A stretch of 64,000 bases of DNA, taken from positions 59,956,001-60,020,000 of the forward strand of contig NC_087436.1 in assembly GCF_036321535.1 (NCBI RefSeq). Reading direction: 5' to 3'. Under the pieces are notes generated by a model. That model saw nothing but the letters and a program-made list of their open reading frames with translations, did not search any database and had not been told where the DNA came from. The position numbers and the translations under genes were made by a program. Origin of the DNA: Camelus dromedarius (Eukaryota). This document shows positions 23,579-36,924 of this stretch, in pieces (position 1 is the first letter of the stretch; each line of letters begins with the position of its first letter).

Positions 23579-26500
23579 CTTTAAAAAAAGAATAAATTAT
23601 ACTTTCCTTTCAGTTACTTTAATTACTAAGTGTAGAACTCGACACACTAGACAATCATTTTATTTCATATTCAGTTCTTTTTATAGACTTTTACAACCTA
23701 AAAAATATGAATGTCATTAGAAACCAAGAATGTAAAAGATGATTAGCATTTGCAAATCAACAGAATAAATAGAAGAACTTAAGTAACACAATTCTTCACT
23801 GTTGATTATCACAATCAATCAGTACCTCTTCATTTGTGCACCTATTTCTCCTCAAATGAGCCAGGAAGAAAACTGTTTCTTTTAATCCTTCTTTCCTACT
23901 TAGTACCATTCGTTTTACTAGGTAGTTAACACTTTTATTGTTGTTGTTATTTTCTCTGTTTTTATGTTTGTTTGGAATATAACTTTTGTTAAGTCCTTAT
24001 CAGTAAGGTTAAAGTTCCATGTTTTGTCAAGGAATGAAAAGGCATATATGAATTTAGAGAGATGGTATAAGGTGGAAAAAAAAGGTGCTCTCTTCACCCA
24101 GCATATCCATTTAAAATGTCAACATATTTCCAGAGATACCATAATCTAGTGCATCAAAATAAAATTTGTTTTTAATAATATAGAGTTTAGATATTAGATA
24201 TTACAGAATTAAGCTTAGTATTGTCTCTGTAATTTGGGAATAGAAATGTCTTATTCATGGTTCTGTGTGGATGTAAAAGACATAATGGAGATTTCAAGGA
24301 TGATATGTACAAAGATAGATTATGGTATAAGAATGGATTTGATAACAGTCAATGGATGTAGTGGGCTTCTTGTCATTGAAATTTTTATATGACTATTTTG
24401 TATAAATAATGTAGGTGGATTTACGGCCAAAGAGGTAATGGGACCCAGTGATCTTTAAAACCTCTTCCAATCTGGAGAATCTATTCCAAACAAGATCAGC
24501 TGTATTGTGTTATTATTATTATTATTATTTAAGTCAAAGTGTTATATCCATTTCTTTGATTTAAAAATGTTATATTTAGCTAAAGATAATTAAGATACAA
24601 CAATTAAAACAAGAATGTGATTTTTTTATTTTTTAAACAAAACCAAGTTATAAGAAAAGATTTTTAAAGGGTGTACATCGGAGAGGCCTTAAACTTTTCC
24701 AAATTTAACATATGACAGTATTCATTCATTGTAAAACCAAATAAAAAGAGCTGATGGAACTTTCAACTTGTGTTCTTAAGTATCCTCTAAGAATGAAATA
24801 GGTTAAGTTTAGCCATTCTTTAAAAACAAGTCATTCTGTACTAAATGATAGCATTGTGCCCTTTCAGAAGCAGCTCAGTGAACCTTCCTCAGGTCAACAA
24901 GGTGAAACACTCCAAGGAAGCCTTGAAACTTGGATTGAATGACAGAAGAGATAGGTAATGCTTTGTTTCCATAAAAGGAAACAATAGATCAAATCTCTTA
25001 AGAAGCTTAGATCTCTGTATATAAAATAAAAACAAAATATGGAAATGGACAAAGAAGTAACAGAATAATTTCTCACTCTCCCTTTCATGTCTACATTTCT
25101 AAATTTACAATGGCCATAAAACCCCTTCTTTTTATTGAGTTATGATACATAGAAACAGGGCGTCTGCATGTCAACAACATATTTCTAATAAAAACACAAA
25201 ATAAAATCCATAACCAATCATGGAAGCAGTATTCTTTCATTCTCTTCAGATATTGAATTTTATATACCGTTCATGAGGTGCTCATTTGCACACAGCTGTA
25301 TTTTGAGAAATGTCCACTTTTGAGTAACATGCTGGGGCCACCAGAACCCCGCCTGCAGCTAGCATCTCCCTCTGATTGCCTGGGACCCAGCCGGGCTTTC
25401 CTGGGCTGCAGGAGGTACTCTCATGTGGAGTCGTGGGTGATACCCCAGATTCTGCCTCCAGGGACCCCTAGACCTGCCCCCTACTGTCCAACCGCTGGAC
25501 GAGGCTCCCAGCACCTGCCATCCCCCTGGCTGTCTCCCCAACTGGTTCTTCCATTACCACCTCCCAAATTAACTGTGCATCTCTCCCCAGTTTTTTTTAG
25601 TATGAGGACATATTTTTAATATGAGGATTTTAATAAATGTATAAAGATTCACGCTTATCGCTTTGATCCCAACATTCTACACTGATGGTCAAATATTTGA
25701 AAATTGTATATTCTTTTTGCATCAAAGAGATTTTTCTATTTTTTCATAAAACTTATCCTTTTCATGGCATTCCGAACTACCTAGACTGAAAAGTAAAGTA
25801 AAATCTACATCTTTGTTTTCTGAATTAAGATAAACTTTAGATACATAAATGAGAGACAAACTCTGACGCAGTCCCACTATAGTGCTCAGAATGTAGGTTT
25901 CCTTCCTAGAAGATTCAGGTACTTCCTCCCTATCACTTGCCATGCTGAAAAATTTATACTTCACTCCTAAAAGGAATTCATAATTTCTATTTTTTTCTTA
26001 TTGAATGTATCTTAAAACTGATACATACATGAGAATATTTTTTTAAATTGTCAAACAGAGACTGTTTATTAATCACCAGAATATGACTAAAAGTTGGTAA
26101 GATAATAGAAATATGTCAGTCATAAAATTCTTACATTCTAAAATGACATATCAATACAATGGTATAATTAAGACCAATATTCCGGATTTATTTTCATAAA
26201 TAAATTTATACTGCTATATCAACAAACCTGACTTAGCTTCCAACAATCATATGCTTGACCAAAATCTATACCTTACATTGGAGAAATAGCATCTGTTGTC
26301 TTTATACTGTGATTTACCTTTTTATGTGTATTTTTTACCTTTTCACTTAGATTACAACAGCCTCAAAAATACATTATCTTACAAATTCTTTTGTCTGAAA
26401 AGTCTTATGTATTCTGGAGCCCATGTACTGAGAAGATGATTGCAGTTCTTCCTAGCAAGATACCTACGGAGTTCTAAATTACAGTTTCCAAGCTTCAAAG

Positions 26501-27139
26501 ACTCAATGGTTTATGAATTCATCATGTGAAACATGTAAAGTTAGAAATAAATATTTACATAAAGAGATAATTCCATTCTGAATTTAAAGGGAATATTAGG
26601 TATCCAAAGACAATGTCTCAACTTACTGCATTCTGATAACTCAGTATTATATTGGTGGGTTATTATTTTTCATAAGAAATCCAATATACACAAAATGAAT
26701 AACACTACACAGGGCTTTGGTAACTCCATTTATAAAAATGTGATATGTTTATTTACCTAATATATTTATTGTAAAATTTTTTTTAATTATATTCTCGACT
26801 TCATATTGTGTTTAAGGTATGGCTCTCCAAGATAAATAAAGTGACTCCTATATTAAAAATAAACAAACTTTGGTTATGAAAGCATCAAAAAACAGCCCAA
26901 GGCAGGAATTCCTAACCATCAAGTTATACTGCCTCTCAACAGCACAGGTGGATAAAATAATATCGAATAGAATTAAGTAGGTGAAAAATTATTTAAAACG
27001 AGAACTGAAGATATACATAATTGTATTTTAAAGTAGTATTTCAACATCCATAGTTTTAATGTAGTTATTTCAGCATCTATATTTTAATATCTATAATAAA
27101 GAATTCTGACTTTTAAAACTAATGATGACACTGCCTATA

Positions 27140-27723
27140 TTGAGCAGCCACTGTTTTGACTTCCTAGCATCTGTATCTGCCTTCTTTCACCAACATCACC
27201 CCTATTTTGAGTGTGGAATCACTTTTTCCATCTCATCTTCACCCTCTGCTGCAGAGTTTGTCATGTAATCTGATTCCAGCCAATCACATCATCAAATATT
27301 CCTGGGTACAGTGAATGCCTCAGCATAGTCATGTCAAACAAGCTAAGCTGGTCCAAGTCAATGACACTCAGATATGGCTTTATTATTTTGATTAAAGGGA
27401 AAGAGAAATCATTTATTTCCACTGGATTTGTTGAAAAGATAAAAATTTGTCCCAGTAGCTGCTGAAGACAGTAATGTCACCACTAGAGGAACCTCTTTGA
27501 AAATGGAAACTACAGACAAGACAGCAGAACAGAGATGTAGATGGAGAGAATGACCCTCCAGGACATCGTCAGAGTACTAGATTGAATCATACTTGAGGAC
27601 ATTTTTACCTCTACACTTTCAATTACATATTGTTATACAATAACAATCACCACCCTTGATTTTTCTGAAACCAATTTGCATCTGGGCTTTGTTCATTGGC
27701 AAACAAGAGTTCTGAATTAATCA
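27140..27723 (+). mobile_element. ERVL-MaLR solo LTR (old MLT1K/L-like)
   Basis: cagccaatcacatcatc...cctgggtacagtgaatgcctcag...catg, with a 3' end aaaccaatttgcatctgggctttg...ggcaaacaagagttctgaattaatca. Confidence 0.65.
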
Positions 27724-28261
27724 CTATATCTGAATTTATATTGTGTTCTTGCCATATAGTCACACTTACCATATAATTATCAAAACAGTAGCATGAGACA
27801 TGGAGGGCATATGTAATTTCCATTTGATATATGACCATCATTTGGATGGCTTCAATAAGATCACAACTGAATATATATATATTAGAATAAGTTTTAAAAT
27901 ATGAGAAGTCTATGCCTTCCTGGTCAGCTCAAATGGTAAGAAAAATATAATAGAGACATTAATCAAGTAATCAATAACTAACTGAATGTGAGATGTGAGG
28001 GAAAACATATTGTGATCTTAAGAAAAATAATGGTAGCTCTACATAAATACAGAAATCAGAAGGAATGAAAAACTTGAGGGGTCTAGAGGAGTCATTAATT
28101 TGATTTAGACACATTTAGCATAAGATTCTGGTAGGTTATCTAGTTAGATAAGTCTGGTCAAGAATTTAAATATTAAACTTGCATAATAAGAAACTTGAGG
28201 AGAAGAATTTATATCTGTAAGTCACCAGTAATGTTGGTAGCTGCAGCTATGGAAGGGGCAA

Positions 28262-28460
28262 CATAACTAACACCTTTACGGATTTTGAGATTTCAGATCT
28301 TGTAACAATATTACTTCACATAACATTCACAACGACCCTGTAAATATGGTGATATCACCCCAATTAACAGATGTAGACAAAGAGTTTAAATAAAATGTCT
28401 CCAATTTCCATCTGATACGTAGCAGAGGTAAGATTTTAACCAAGGTCTCTCTGACTTAGA
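28262..28460 (-). mobile_element. MIR SINE
   Basis: taactaacacctttac...ttcacaacgaccctgtaa...atcaccccaattaacagatg...agcagaggtaagattttaaccaaggtctctctgact. Confidence 0.7.
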
Positions 28461-29977
28461 AAAACAAAACCAATAACAAAACCTGCACAAATGAATGAAT
28501 GATTCTGTTGAGGGAGAGTTTAAATAACAAAATAGATTCAGAGAATAAAGGAGAGTATCAGAGTGAATGCAGGATAACAGGAAGAAAAAGGGCAGCCAGT
28601 TAACAAATGCTGTCTACTTCAATATATACCTCTAAATAAAAAGAATGGATATTTATAAAGTAGCTAAGACAAGAAAAAAGACATTTTATGCAAGCAAATA
28701 GTACTATTCACCAGTTTTAAGCAGTCACTGAAAGATAATTAAGAGAATTTAAGATCCAATTTACAAATATATAAACTCATACATACATTGCAAAAAATGC
28801 ATTTGAGTTTTCTAATATAATTCAATTGGCATATATGAGATGTAATTTTCCTCCTATTAGACAAAAAATGACTTTCAGAACTTAAAAAATAAGACTATAT
28901 TAAGAGTAGTTAAATTGTTTTCACTTTTAGATTGTATTAAAACTGAATTACAATCATTACTTTCTGAATTGGCTAGTATTTCTTTTCTCTATAATGAGAA
29001 TATTAATACAGACTATCTTCATGCAATCAAATATATACATTGCTCCATTTGAATTCAACATTATTGAATGCAACATTAAGGGATTTTCTAATCGATTTCA
29101 CAGAGTGTATCAGACACTATCATGTTCCAGGAAACTCAGTCTTCAAGAGCTAATTCAGTAGAAAGACATCAAGAAACAAAATATGATACAGTTAACCTAG
29201 GGGAAAAATAGTAGGTGCTTCAAAGAAACTCTCACCTGCCAGCAACCCTTGGAGACACCATACATCACCACATCTCCAACCTGAGACCTTCTAGCGGGCA
29301 TGGCACTGCTTTCACTAGAAAATCAGCAGTAGGTTTTCCCTTTTCATTTACTTAACACATAACTAGAAATAATCCTAGTTTATTTGATATTTCAAGTCCA
29401 TAGATCATACTTTTGTTATCATGAATTTAATTCTCTTTGGCTACTGTAAGAAAAAATCTATTATTTTTTCCACATAAGATCAAATTTAAATTTAAATGAA
29501 GTTTGATCTGTTTAAATGGAAAAATATGAAAACATTAAATAGTTAAAGTTAAAAATAACTTTCATTCCTTATAAAAGTGCAAACCAACTTAAGGCTAAGA
29601 AACTTATATTTAAAATTGATCATATTTTAGACCATTAAAACCCGCAACTATAAGATAAGGAATCTGAGAACAGCACATCCATCACCACAGTATTAAGGAA
29701 ATAAAGTCCTTCAGTCTACTTACATTACTCAGGTAACAAAATGAAACTTGAATGGCATATAGTTCAAACACACAAAGTCAGAAGGCAGAAGTCACCCACT
29801 GAGGCATTAAAGGATAAATCATTTTTTTAAATGCACAAAATTTATTTCTGTTCTCTCAGTATATTAGCATTAATACATTGATTATATGTAACAATTTCTG
29901 AGTGATTTCATTCTGATCAGTTATCTAATTATCTAATTAGTTTTATAAAACTCTGAAAAATCAAATGAACAACTTAC

Positions 29978-30098
29978 TGTTTGGAAGGTTCAGGAAATTT
30001 TAGTTCTTCTCTTTTCTTCATTTCTATTGTTGGTTCCATAGGAGTGAGAACCACAGCAGCACACGAGACCACAGAGTGGTATGAATCCTCCCGGCAAA
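29978..30098 (-). CDS. CCSER1: Internal coding exon (121 nt, phase 1 in / phase 2 out) of coiled-coil serine-rich protein 1 (CCSER1/FAM190A), probably exon 5
   Basis: Minus strand reads ...tttctttctaataaaacag|TT TGC CGG GAG GAT TCA TAC CAC ... CCT TCC AAA CA|gtaagt, with canonical AG and GTAAGT and an open frame CREDSYHSVVSCAAVVLTPMEPTIEMKKREELKFPEPSK. This closely matches the human CCSER1 segment as I recall it (SVCREDSYHSVVSCAAVVLTPMEPMIEMKKREEPEFPEPSKQ). Exon number is from memory. Confidence 0.92.
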
Positions 30099-30133
30099 CT
30101 GTTTTATTAGAAAGAAATGATTGTAAACGTCAG
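30099..30133 (-). promoter_or_regulatory. 3' splice site and candidate branch point of the CCSER1 exon
   Basis: Minus strand CTGAC (30133-30129, branch A at -32), then a pyrimidine stretch TCATTTCTTTCT, then AATAAAACAG. Confidence 0.6.
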
Positions 30134-30469
30134 AATTATTTCTCGACTATTCTCACTTTCTCTTTTTCATTTTTCAGTAAAATGAAAGAGGTAATTCAAC
30201 TGAAATATTATCATTAAATTATCTTTAAGTATCATTTTCTACTCTGTCTTTCCAATCCGTAGTTGTATGACCTTAGGCACTTTTTCTTTTCTTTTTTTAA
30301 GCCACAGAGTGGAAAAGGTGTTGCCAATATTTTACAATCCTTCATTTTAAAAAAGCTTTTCACTGAAGAATAAGAAGTGCACAAATTATACACTGCTAAT
30401 CTTTGCAACATAAACACACCTATTTAATTAGCATCAAGATTAATAAACCAACACCCTAACATGCTCTGA

Positions 30470-31009
30470 AATATCCCTTCCTTATCACTACTATAGCTTC
30501 CAAACACAGCCATTATTATTACTTATATAACCATAGATTAGTTTTACCTATTTCTGAACTTTATATAAATGAGTTCATACTCTTCTGTGTGTGAACTATT
30601 TCATGTGTGGCTGACTTCATTCAACAGACATCTGTAAAACTCATTCATGTGCAGCAGTAGTTCATTCTCATAGCTGTGGAGCTCTCCACTGAATAAATAC
30701 AGCATGATATATTTGTACATTTTATTGGTGATGGACACTTGTATTGTTTCTGGTCTGAAGCTATGTCAAAATCTCTATAAAACTTCTTGTATTTTTGTGT
30801 GTGTGTGTATGCACAAATAGATTCATATTGCAAAAGTATCTAGAGCCTGTAACTGCTCATAGGGTATGCTCTACACTTTAGGTTCAGCTTTAGAGATACT
30901 TCCAAACAGTCTTCTGAACTGATCGTTCTAATTTTTATTCCCCCAGTTTCAGTTGTTCCACGTCTATACTAACACTTGATTTTTGTCAGTTTTTTAAAAT
31001 TTTAATATT
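30470..31009 (-). mobile_element. Old LINE-1 (L1ME-type) fragment, interrupted by an MLT1 LTR and resuming at about 31663-31750
   Basis: gattagttttacctatttctgaactttatataaatg, cagtagttcattctcatagctgt, gatggacacttgtattgtttc, gttccacgtctatactaacacttg. Confidence 0.8.
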
Positions 31010-31662
31010 TTGTTAATTTTCTATTGCTGTGTAACAAATTTGCACAAATCTAGTAGCTTAAAACAACACTCATTTATCATCTCACAGTTCTGCAGGTTAG
31101 AGGTTCATGTTGGCTCAACTGGGTCTGAGTCTGACTAGGGTCTCACAACAATGTCAGTTTGACAGTGAGCCTGTACTCTCATCTAGAGTCTCTGGGGGAA
31201 AAAGCAATGCCCAAGCTCATTTAGGCTGTTAGCAAAATATAATTCCTTATGGTAAGTAGGCCTCAGGTCTCTTTTACCTTGCATGTTGTTGGCCAGAGAC
31301 TACTCTCAGGTCCTAGAAGCAACTCACGGGTCAATGGCCAATGGCCTGTCCATCTCAGTAATGGAAAATATCCCTCACATTGAAGCCCTCTCATGCTTCA
31401 AATCTCTCATTTCTTCTTCTGCTAACAGTGGAGAAAAAAATTCTCTGCTTTTAAAGGGCTCATGTGATTAGGTTATGCCCATGCAGAGTATCTCCTTTTG
31501 ATTAACTGAAAGTCAACTGGTTAGTAACCTTAATTACATCTGTAAATTCCCTTTTTCCATGTAAGATAACATAATTACAGTAGTGATGTTGTATCATCTC
31601 CCCAGTAGAAGGAACTATATGAGGGCTAGGGTCATGTGTCATCTTAGAATTCTGCCTACCAT
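31010..31662 (-). mobile_element. ERVL-MaLR solo LTR (MLT1E/D-like)
   Basis: ctattgctgtgtaacaaatt...gcttaaaacaacactcatttatcatctcacagttctg at one end and catcttagaattctgcctacca at the other; about 650 bp. Confidence 0.88.
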
Positions 31663-31754
31663 GGCTATCCCTATAAGTGTATAGTGTTATCAAGTTGTAG
31701 CTTTGATTAATAGTTTTCCTAATAATTAATAAAACTGAGTTTGTATATATATAT

Positions 31755-32590
31755 TCAATCTTCCTACATGGTTCTGATATGCACAAATTTTAGTTAGGTT
31801 TAGTTAAAGAACAACCAATACCCCCCAAAATATGGCTCAAATTTCAGTTGGCAAGTTAGCATGGCATATCAACTGTGAGAAATTATATAAAGCACAAAAG
31901 TACTTCTTCACTGTATCTTCAGTCCACAAGTCAATACACAAATAAGAGATGCAAATCAAGATAGGTCACACACACACACACTGCTTCTTTCAAAGTCTGT
32001 CAACAATTGGTCACTATGCATCTGTTACTCAGGTTAAGGACAGACATCAAAGTATATAGATGCATTGCTTCTTTCTCTCCCAATGATAAACTCATGCGAA
32101 ATTTTACAAAAATGAATAATATAAGGAAGGAATTTGCCAATATGAATGAAAGTGCAGTAAAGAAACAAAAAATGATAGTGCTGGAAGTGGTATTTGAGTT
32201 GATTATAAATGAATGGCCAATAATCAGTGATCTAAGTACTCATTTCAAGAACCATGACAGGGACAACAATGTAGAAACAGTCAAACACTGAGGATGACAG
32301 CACACATTAATGAAAGAGAGGACAAAAATACAACAGGAGCACACAAGTCAGTGAAGAAGTATGGAGCCACCATCTCAGAAAGAGGTGTAAGAAATGATCC
32401 CAATGTTCTTCAGTTTTCCCCTAAAAATATTGCTGAGTTATTAATCTGTTCAGCACTAGAGTCTGCAAATAAAATAGATGACCAATGAAAGCAGAGCTGA
32501 ATTTAAATCAATCTTGTGGCACTCAAGAGGCAAAGATTACTGTCCAGTATGTGTCAAGGAGAAGCGCTAATTTCCTCATCATCTCTTCCA
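31755..32590 (+). mobile_element. TcMar-Tigger DNA transposon relic with decayed transposase N-terminus
   Basis: ggttctgatatgcacaaatttt, cttctttcaaagtctgtc...attggtcactatgcatctgtta and ctcccaatgataaac resemble old Tigger subterminal sequence. ORF 32007 contains ESAVKKQKMIVLEV, similar to the pogo/CENP-B KRKxITLEVK N-terminal motif. Confidence 0.78.
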
Positions 32591-33593
32591 ATGTCATCAA
32601 ACAGATTTTATTTCTTTCTCTTTTTTAAAAAGTTTGTCTCTACTTATCCTTGGCACGAGCTTTGAGTCTAAACCAAATAATTCTATCATACTGGGAGAAG
32701 AAAAAACTATTATATTTTAAATTTCCACTGTTGTCTTAAACAATGCTAGTGATGAAATCGACGTACAGTTACTGACTCATTCCTCTGGGATAACATTCAC
32801 TTATTCAATAAATATTTAGTGAACTACTTGGTATGTTACAAGAAATATACTTAGGGGTAGGATTCAACTGTGAGCAAGACAGAAAAGTCTTCCCTTCCCC
32901 CAATTTTAATGAAGTTTTAATTTCTTCTAGAGATATTTTCAAGTAATAGGGTAATAAACTTCAGATCAGAGGAAAAGTTACCTGGATCTCTATGAGGGAA
33001 ACAGAGCTGAGTTATTTTAAAATGGAAAAGAGCAAGTAAAGAAAATGCTCTAAGTAAACAAGAATATTTTTCAAAACTAGGGAGCATTTGTTTGCTTAAG
33101 GTAATATGAGTATCAATACTTAATTTTTATGATCTAGAGGTTGGAACACTTGAAATTGAACTCAAAGACACTGAAGTTAAAAAAAGAATAATTAAGTCAA
33201 TAAGAAAATAAGCCCCATTAATTGTTGTATGATGAAAGTAAAAATTAATAAACCTATCTAAAGATGGATGGTTGGGAGTTTCATTTAAATGACTGAGTTT
33301 TTATATCTACTTGAAATTAAATTACATTAAAGTTTTAATGCTTTTAAATTTCATTTATCACAAGATACAAGAATTTGTGTAATAAATGCAAGGTAGGCAA
33401 ACAGAGAAGTCACAACATGAATGGGATAATAAAAGGGTACTACAGATTTTTCAAAACAAAGAATATGCCTAGGCTATCCTTTCTGAAACAGAAAAAAAAA
33501 AAAAAAAGAACTAAAAGAAACCTTAGTAATATGTCTCTGAGAAGAGAAAGGATTTCTGAGGGTAAATAGATTAGTAGATAGTCATGTGACCAC

Positions 33594-33629
<36 letters not shown>

Positions 33630-33643
33630 TATATATATATATA
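33594..33643. repeat. Compound (TA)n(CA)5(TA)n microsatellite
   Basis: Read directly. Confidence 0.93.
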
Positions 33644-36069
33644 ATATTTATTTAATATCTCAGATAAAATACTGTATTTTATATTTAAAACAGGAGACAT
33701 TAAAATATTTCTGATATAAATACTGAATCATTGTTAGACTCTAAAAGGAAATTACACTGTAAGATCAATGGAAACAAATAAATAAAATGAAAATCAAAAT
33801 TAGCCAACACAAGTCTCTACCTCACCACTTCACTAATAAGTCAACAAGTACATTTTCAAACATGTTAGAGATTCAAGATGAAAACAATATACAATTTTTA
33901 TGAAATAGTACTGTACATATTTTTTCACTTTTGTTAGATTAAGTAGACAAATTTTACAAAAAGTGCTAAAGTAAGATACGGTTTGCTAATTATGTTGAAC
34001 TTTGTGAAAGAATGCAAATCTCTTTCACAACTGAGAAATATTGCTTATATACTACACCATTTTAAAGGTAAATGTATAAAAATTACAAGAATTAAAATTT
34101 GGGTTATTTGACAACAGATGATATCATTTTCTTCTCTACAGCTTTTAGTGTTTTGCAAATTTCTTATAGTGATCTTTTACTTTCATAAACAGGAAAAATA
34201 AAAAGTTTTAAAATATAGTCATGAAAACAGAGTAGATGAACAGATGTGAGAAATACTGATGTTGGCCTCAAAACAATGTAACTTCTAGAAATTCCTTGAA
34301 GAAAACTATTTTTCTAATTTAATTATATCAAATTTAATTTCATTTTCTTAATGCCTCCACCTTCTCCCTTTCCCTACCCTCTACCCCAAAGAAAAATCAC
34401 TTTTTCAGAAGGAATTGTAAGTGGCTAGCCCAGTTGATTATTCTAAAATTGTTAAAGGGACGATACTTATTTCATGGATTCCTCTCAAATCCATCTATTT
34501 ATTACCAGGGGTTTTTGATTTTTAATCTCAATGATTGAATTATAGTGGCATGCTTAGGTACTGTCAAAATTATCGGAACCCTGATTTGACATAAAGATGA
34601 TTTCTCTGCTTTCCAAATCACATCAAGTACAAATGGTTCACTATTTAGACTTAACTCATACGATAGGAAAAACTGGCTTTCAGAGAAAGCAGAGAAGAAA
34701 ACAAACAAATTCCCAAGTTTTAATTACATTATTTAATTGTATTTACAAAGTTAGCTTTAAAAATGTATGAACAAATTTACTGACTTCTAAGTTTAATGAA
34801 GGTAAATTTATGGAAAAGCAGACAATTATTTTATAATGTAACTTAAAAAACATGAGCCAGGGTCAAGGCATTGTATATTCAAGTAGGTTTCCAGCCTCCA
34901 TGAGTTGAAAAAAAATCAGTACACTTCACTATTTCTTCTAACCAAAGATGCAAATAATAATTTGAGGCACCAACCTACAAATTTATATGCTAAATTTGCT
35001 CTTCTGTGAAAAGAACTGTTGTTGTAAATAAATTGCATGAAGCGCAGACAATCCCATCATAGCCTTCTGTTACTTGGGAATGTCGAGGAAGGCTGACTGA
35101 AAAATTAAAGTCCCCATTTCTTTCTAGACAGATAGAGCCTTTTGCCAAGATTGGGGTCACTAATCAGGGCATTCTGAGAAGGTTACATGTAGAACTTCCA
35201 GAACTTCATCCAGAGGAAGTCAGTTGTCAGCAACCATCAATCAATATGAAAAGAATGATTCAGACAGACATGAAACACTGACAGTTGATATGAGATTATA
35301 CAACAGTGGTTTTAAAATGAAGGGAAATGTTTGAGAGTCACAAGAATTATTTATCCTAAGGTTTTGTTCTAAGCACTACCTTCATTTATTTCTAGGTAAT
35401 TAAAGTATATGAACACCAAAAATGATCAAACCTATGGGACTCCTAAGTCCAAAACCTGCAAAAGTTGGTACAGTCGTAGATTTAAGATTGAGTATTCTGA
35501 CTTTGCCATGTAACCTTTTCTCACACCACAAAGCATATGCTATTACATGAAATGACTCTCTATTATTACCGTATTCTACAAAATGTTTCTTTCACACCCA
35601 TAATAACTAAGATGCAAAACCTAAACGGTGAAATTGTAAATTGCTCTCCAGTTGTATGTATCAAAATCATGTTATTTATTTACTAAATTTCTATCTCATT
35701 TGGTCTTTTAATTTATAAAATCAATTTTAAAGCACTAAGAAAGCAATATATTTTAATAAATGTTCACAAAAATGCCAAAGATTTATTAGAAGAGACATTT
35801 TTTTCTTTCATGCAAAATTAAAACATTCAAATTATTGAAGGTGCTTAGGGCAGTTAACTTATAAATATCATTTATAAGTACATTTGAAGGTGCCACTCTA
35901 ATTCATCAGAATAGTTTACTATTAATGTGCAAATTGTAAGCTTAAAAGAAAAGTATTTGCTTTTTGACGTGAAAGAGTTCTCTTTTCTATTTTTCCTTCC
36001 AAATATCCAGGATCCATATATTTACTATGTAACAATCCACTGGTAAAACTTAACCCAGTGAAAGAGTAA

Positions 36070-36285
36070 TGCTTTTTAAACAAATGTTTAAAGAACATTA
36101 TGTGCTGGCATGGTTCCATGTATTAACTGTGCATTTATACTTACAGTGTTGTCTTTATTTCTCAGAAAAATTCTACACGGTAAGTACTATTATTATCCCT
36201 GTTGGAGCACTGTTCAAGGTCACACGGCTTGGGAGGAACAAAACCAGATTTTAATCAGTTTGCCTCCAGACCCTATAACACTGAT
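36070..36285 (-). mobile_element. MIR SINE
   Basis: ggtaagtactattattatccc, gttcaaggtcacacggct, tttgcctccaga. Confidence 0.6.
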
Positions 36286-36744
36286 GATACTTCATGTTGA
36301 TTCTCATTTAAATACAATGTATCAAGTGTTCTGAAGTAATAAATTTAATAGTTGAGCTTTTTCAGTAATAGTCTTATATCTGAATTCTTTATCCTAAAAA
36401 GGTATGTAATCATTAATCAATTTACCTCCTAACATAACTTTGACTCATCACACAAATGCTCCTAATCCCAAACTCTGTTCTTCAAAATGACTGACAACAA
36501 TTGTTTTACTATTGCTCCATTGGAGAATGAGTGTCAAGGATCAAGGTGAAACCTGCCATCAGTTACATTTGTCTATGGCAAAGAAAAATATATGATTTAG
36601 AAAAATATATTTTTCAAATTTATTTTTAATCAGTTGCTATTAATTTTTCTTGCCCAGCACTGTTATAGGGGCTTGAAATACACTAGTAAACTTAAATGAT
36701 AAAAATAAATGCTTTGTAGAATAGACATCTTCTAATAGAATCTA

Positions 36745-36915
36745 TTTGCAAGTCAAATTTACCTCTCTGCAATTTTTTCTTACTAGTAAAATACGAATAA
36801 AAACAATATCTTCTTAGGTTGTTCTGAGCATTTAATTAATTACTACATGTGAAGTGCTTAGGATAATGCTGGAGAAATAGTAAAGAAGTTTTTAGACGTT
36901 ACCACATATTACTAT
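36745..36915 (+). mobile_element. MIR SINE
   Basis: gcaagtcaaatttacctctctg...gtaaaata...aggttgttctgagcatttaatt...catgtgaagtgcttag. Confidence 0.7.
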
Positions 36916-36924
36916 TTACAACTA

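Larger units (their letters stand above)
1..29977 (-). other. CCSER1: Intron downstream of the exon (phase 2), continues beyond the window start
   Basis: Begins with GTAAGT (plus-strand acttac 29972-29977). I found no further CCSER1-like exon down to position 1. Confidence 0.8.

Noticed and set aside
29981..30217. 78-aa plus-strand ORF over the exon
   Set aside because: Antisense shadow of the real minus-strand exon.
30232..30417. 61-aa minus-strand ORF just upstream of the exon
   Set aside because: Ends in a stop with no donor, has a poor acceptor and is not CCSER1-like.
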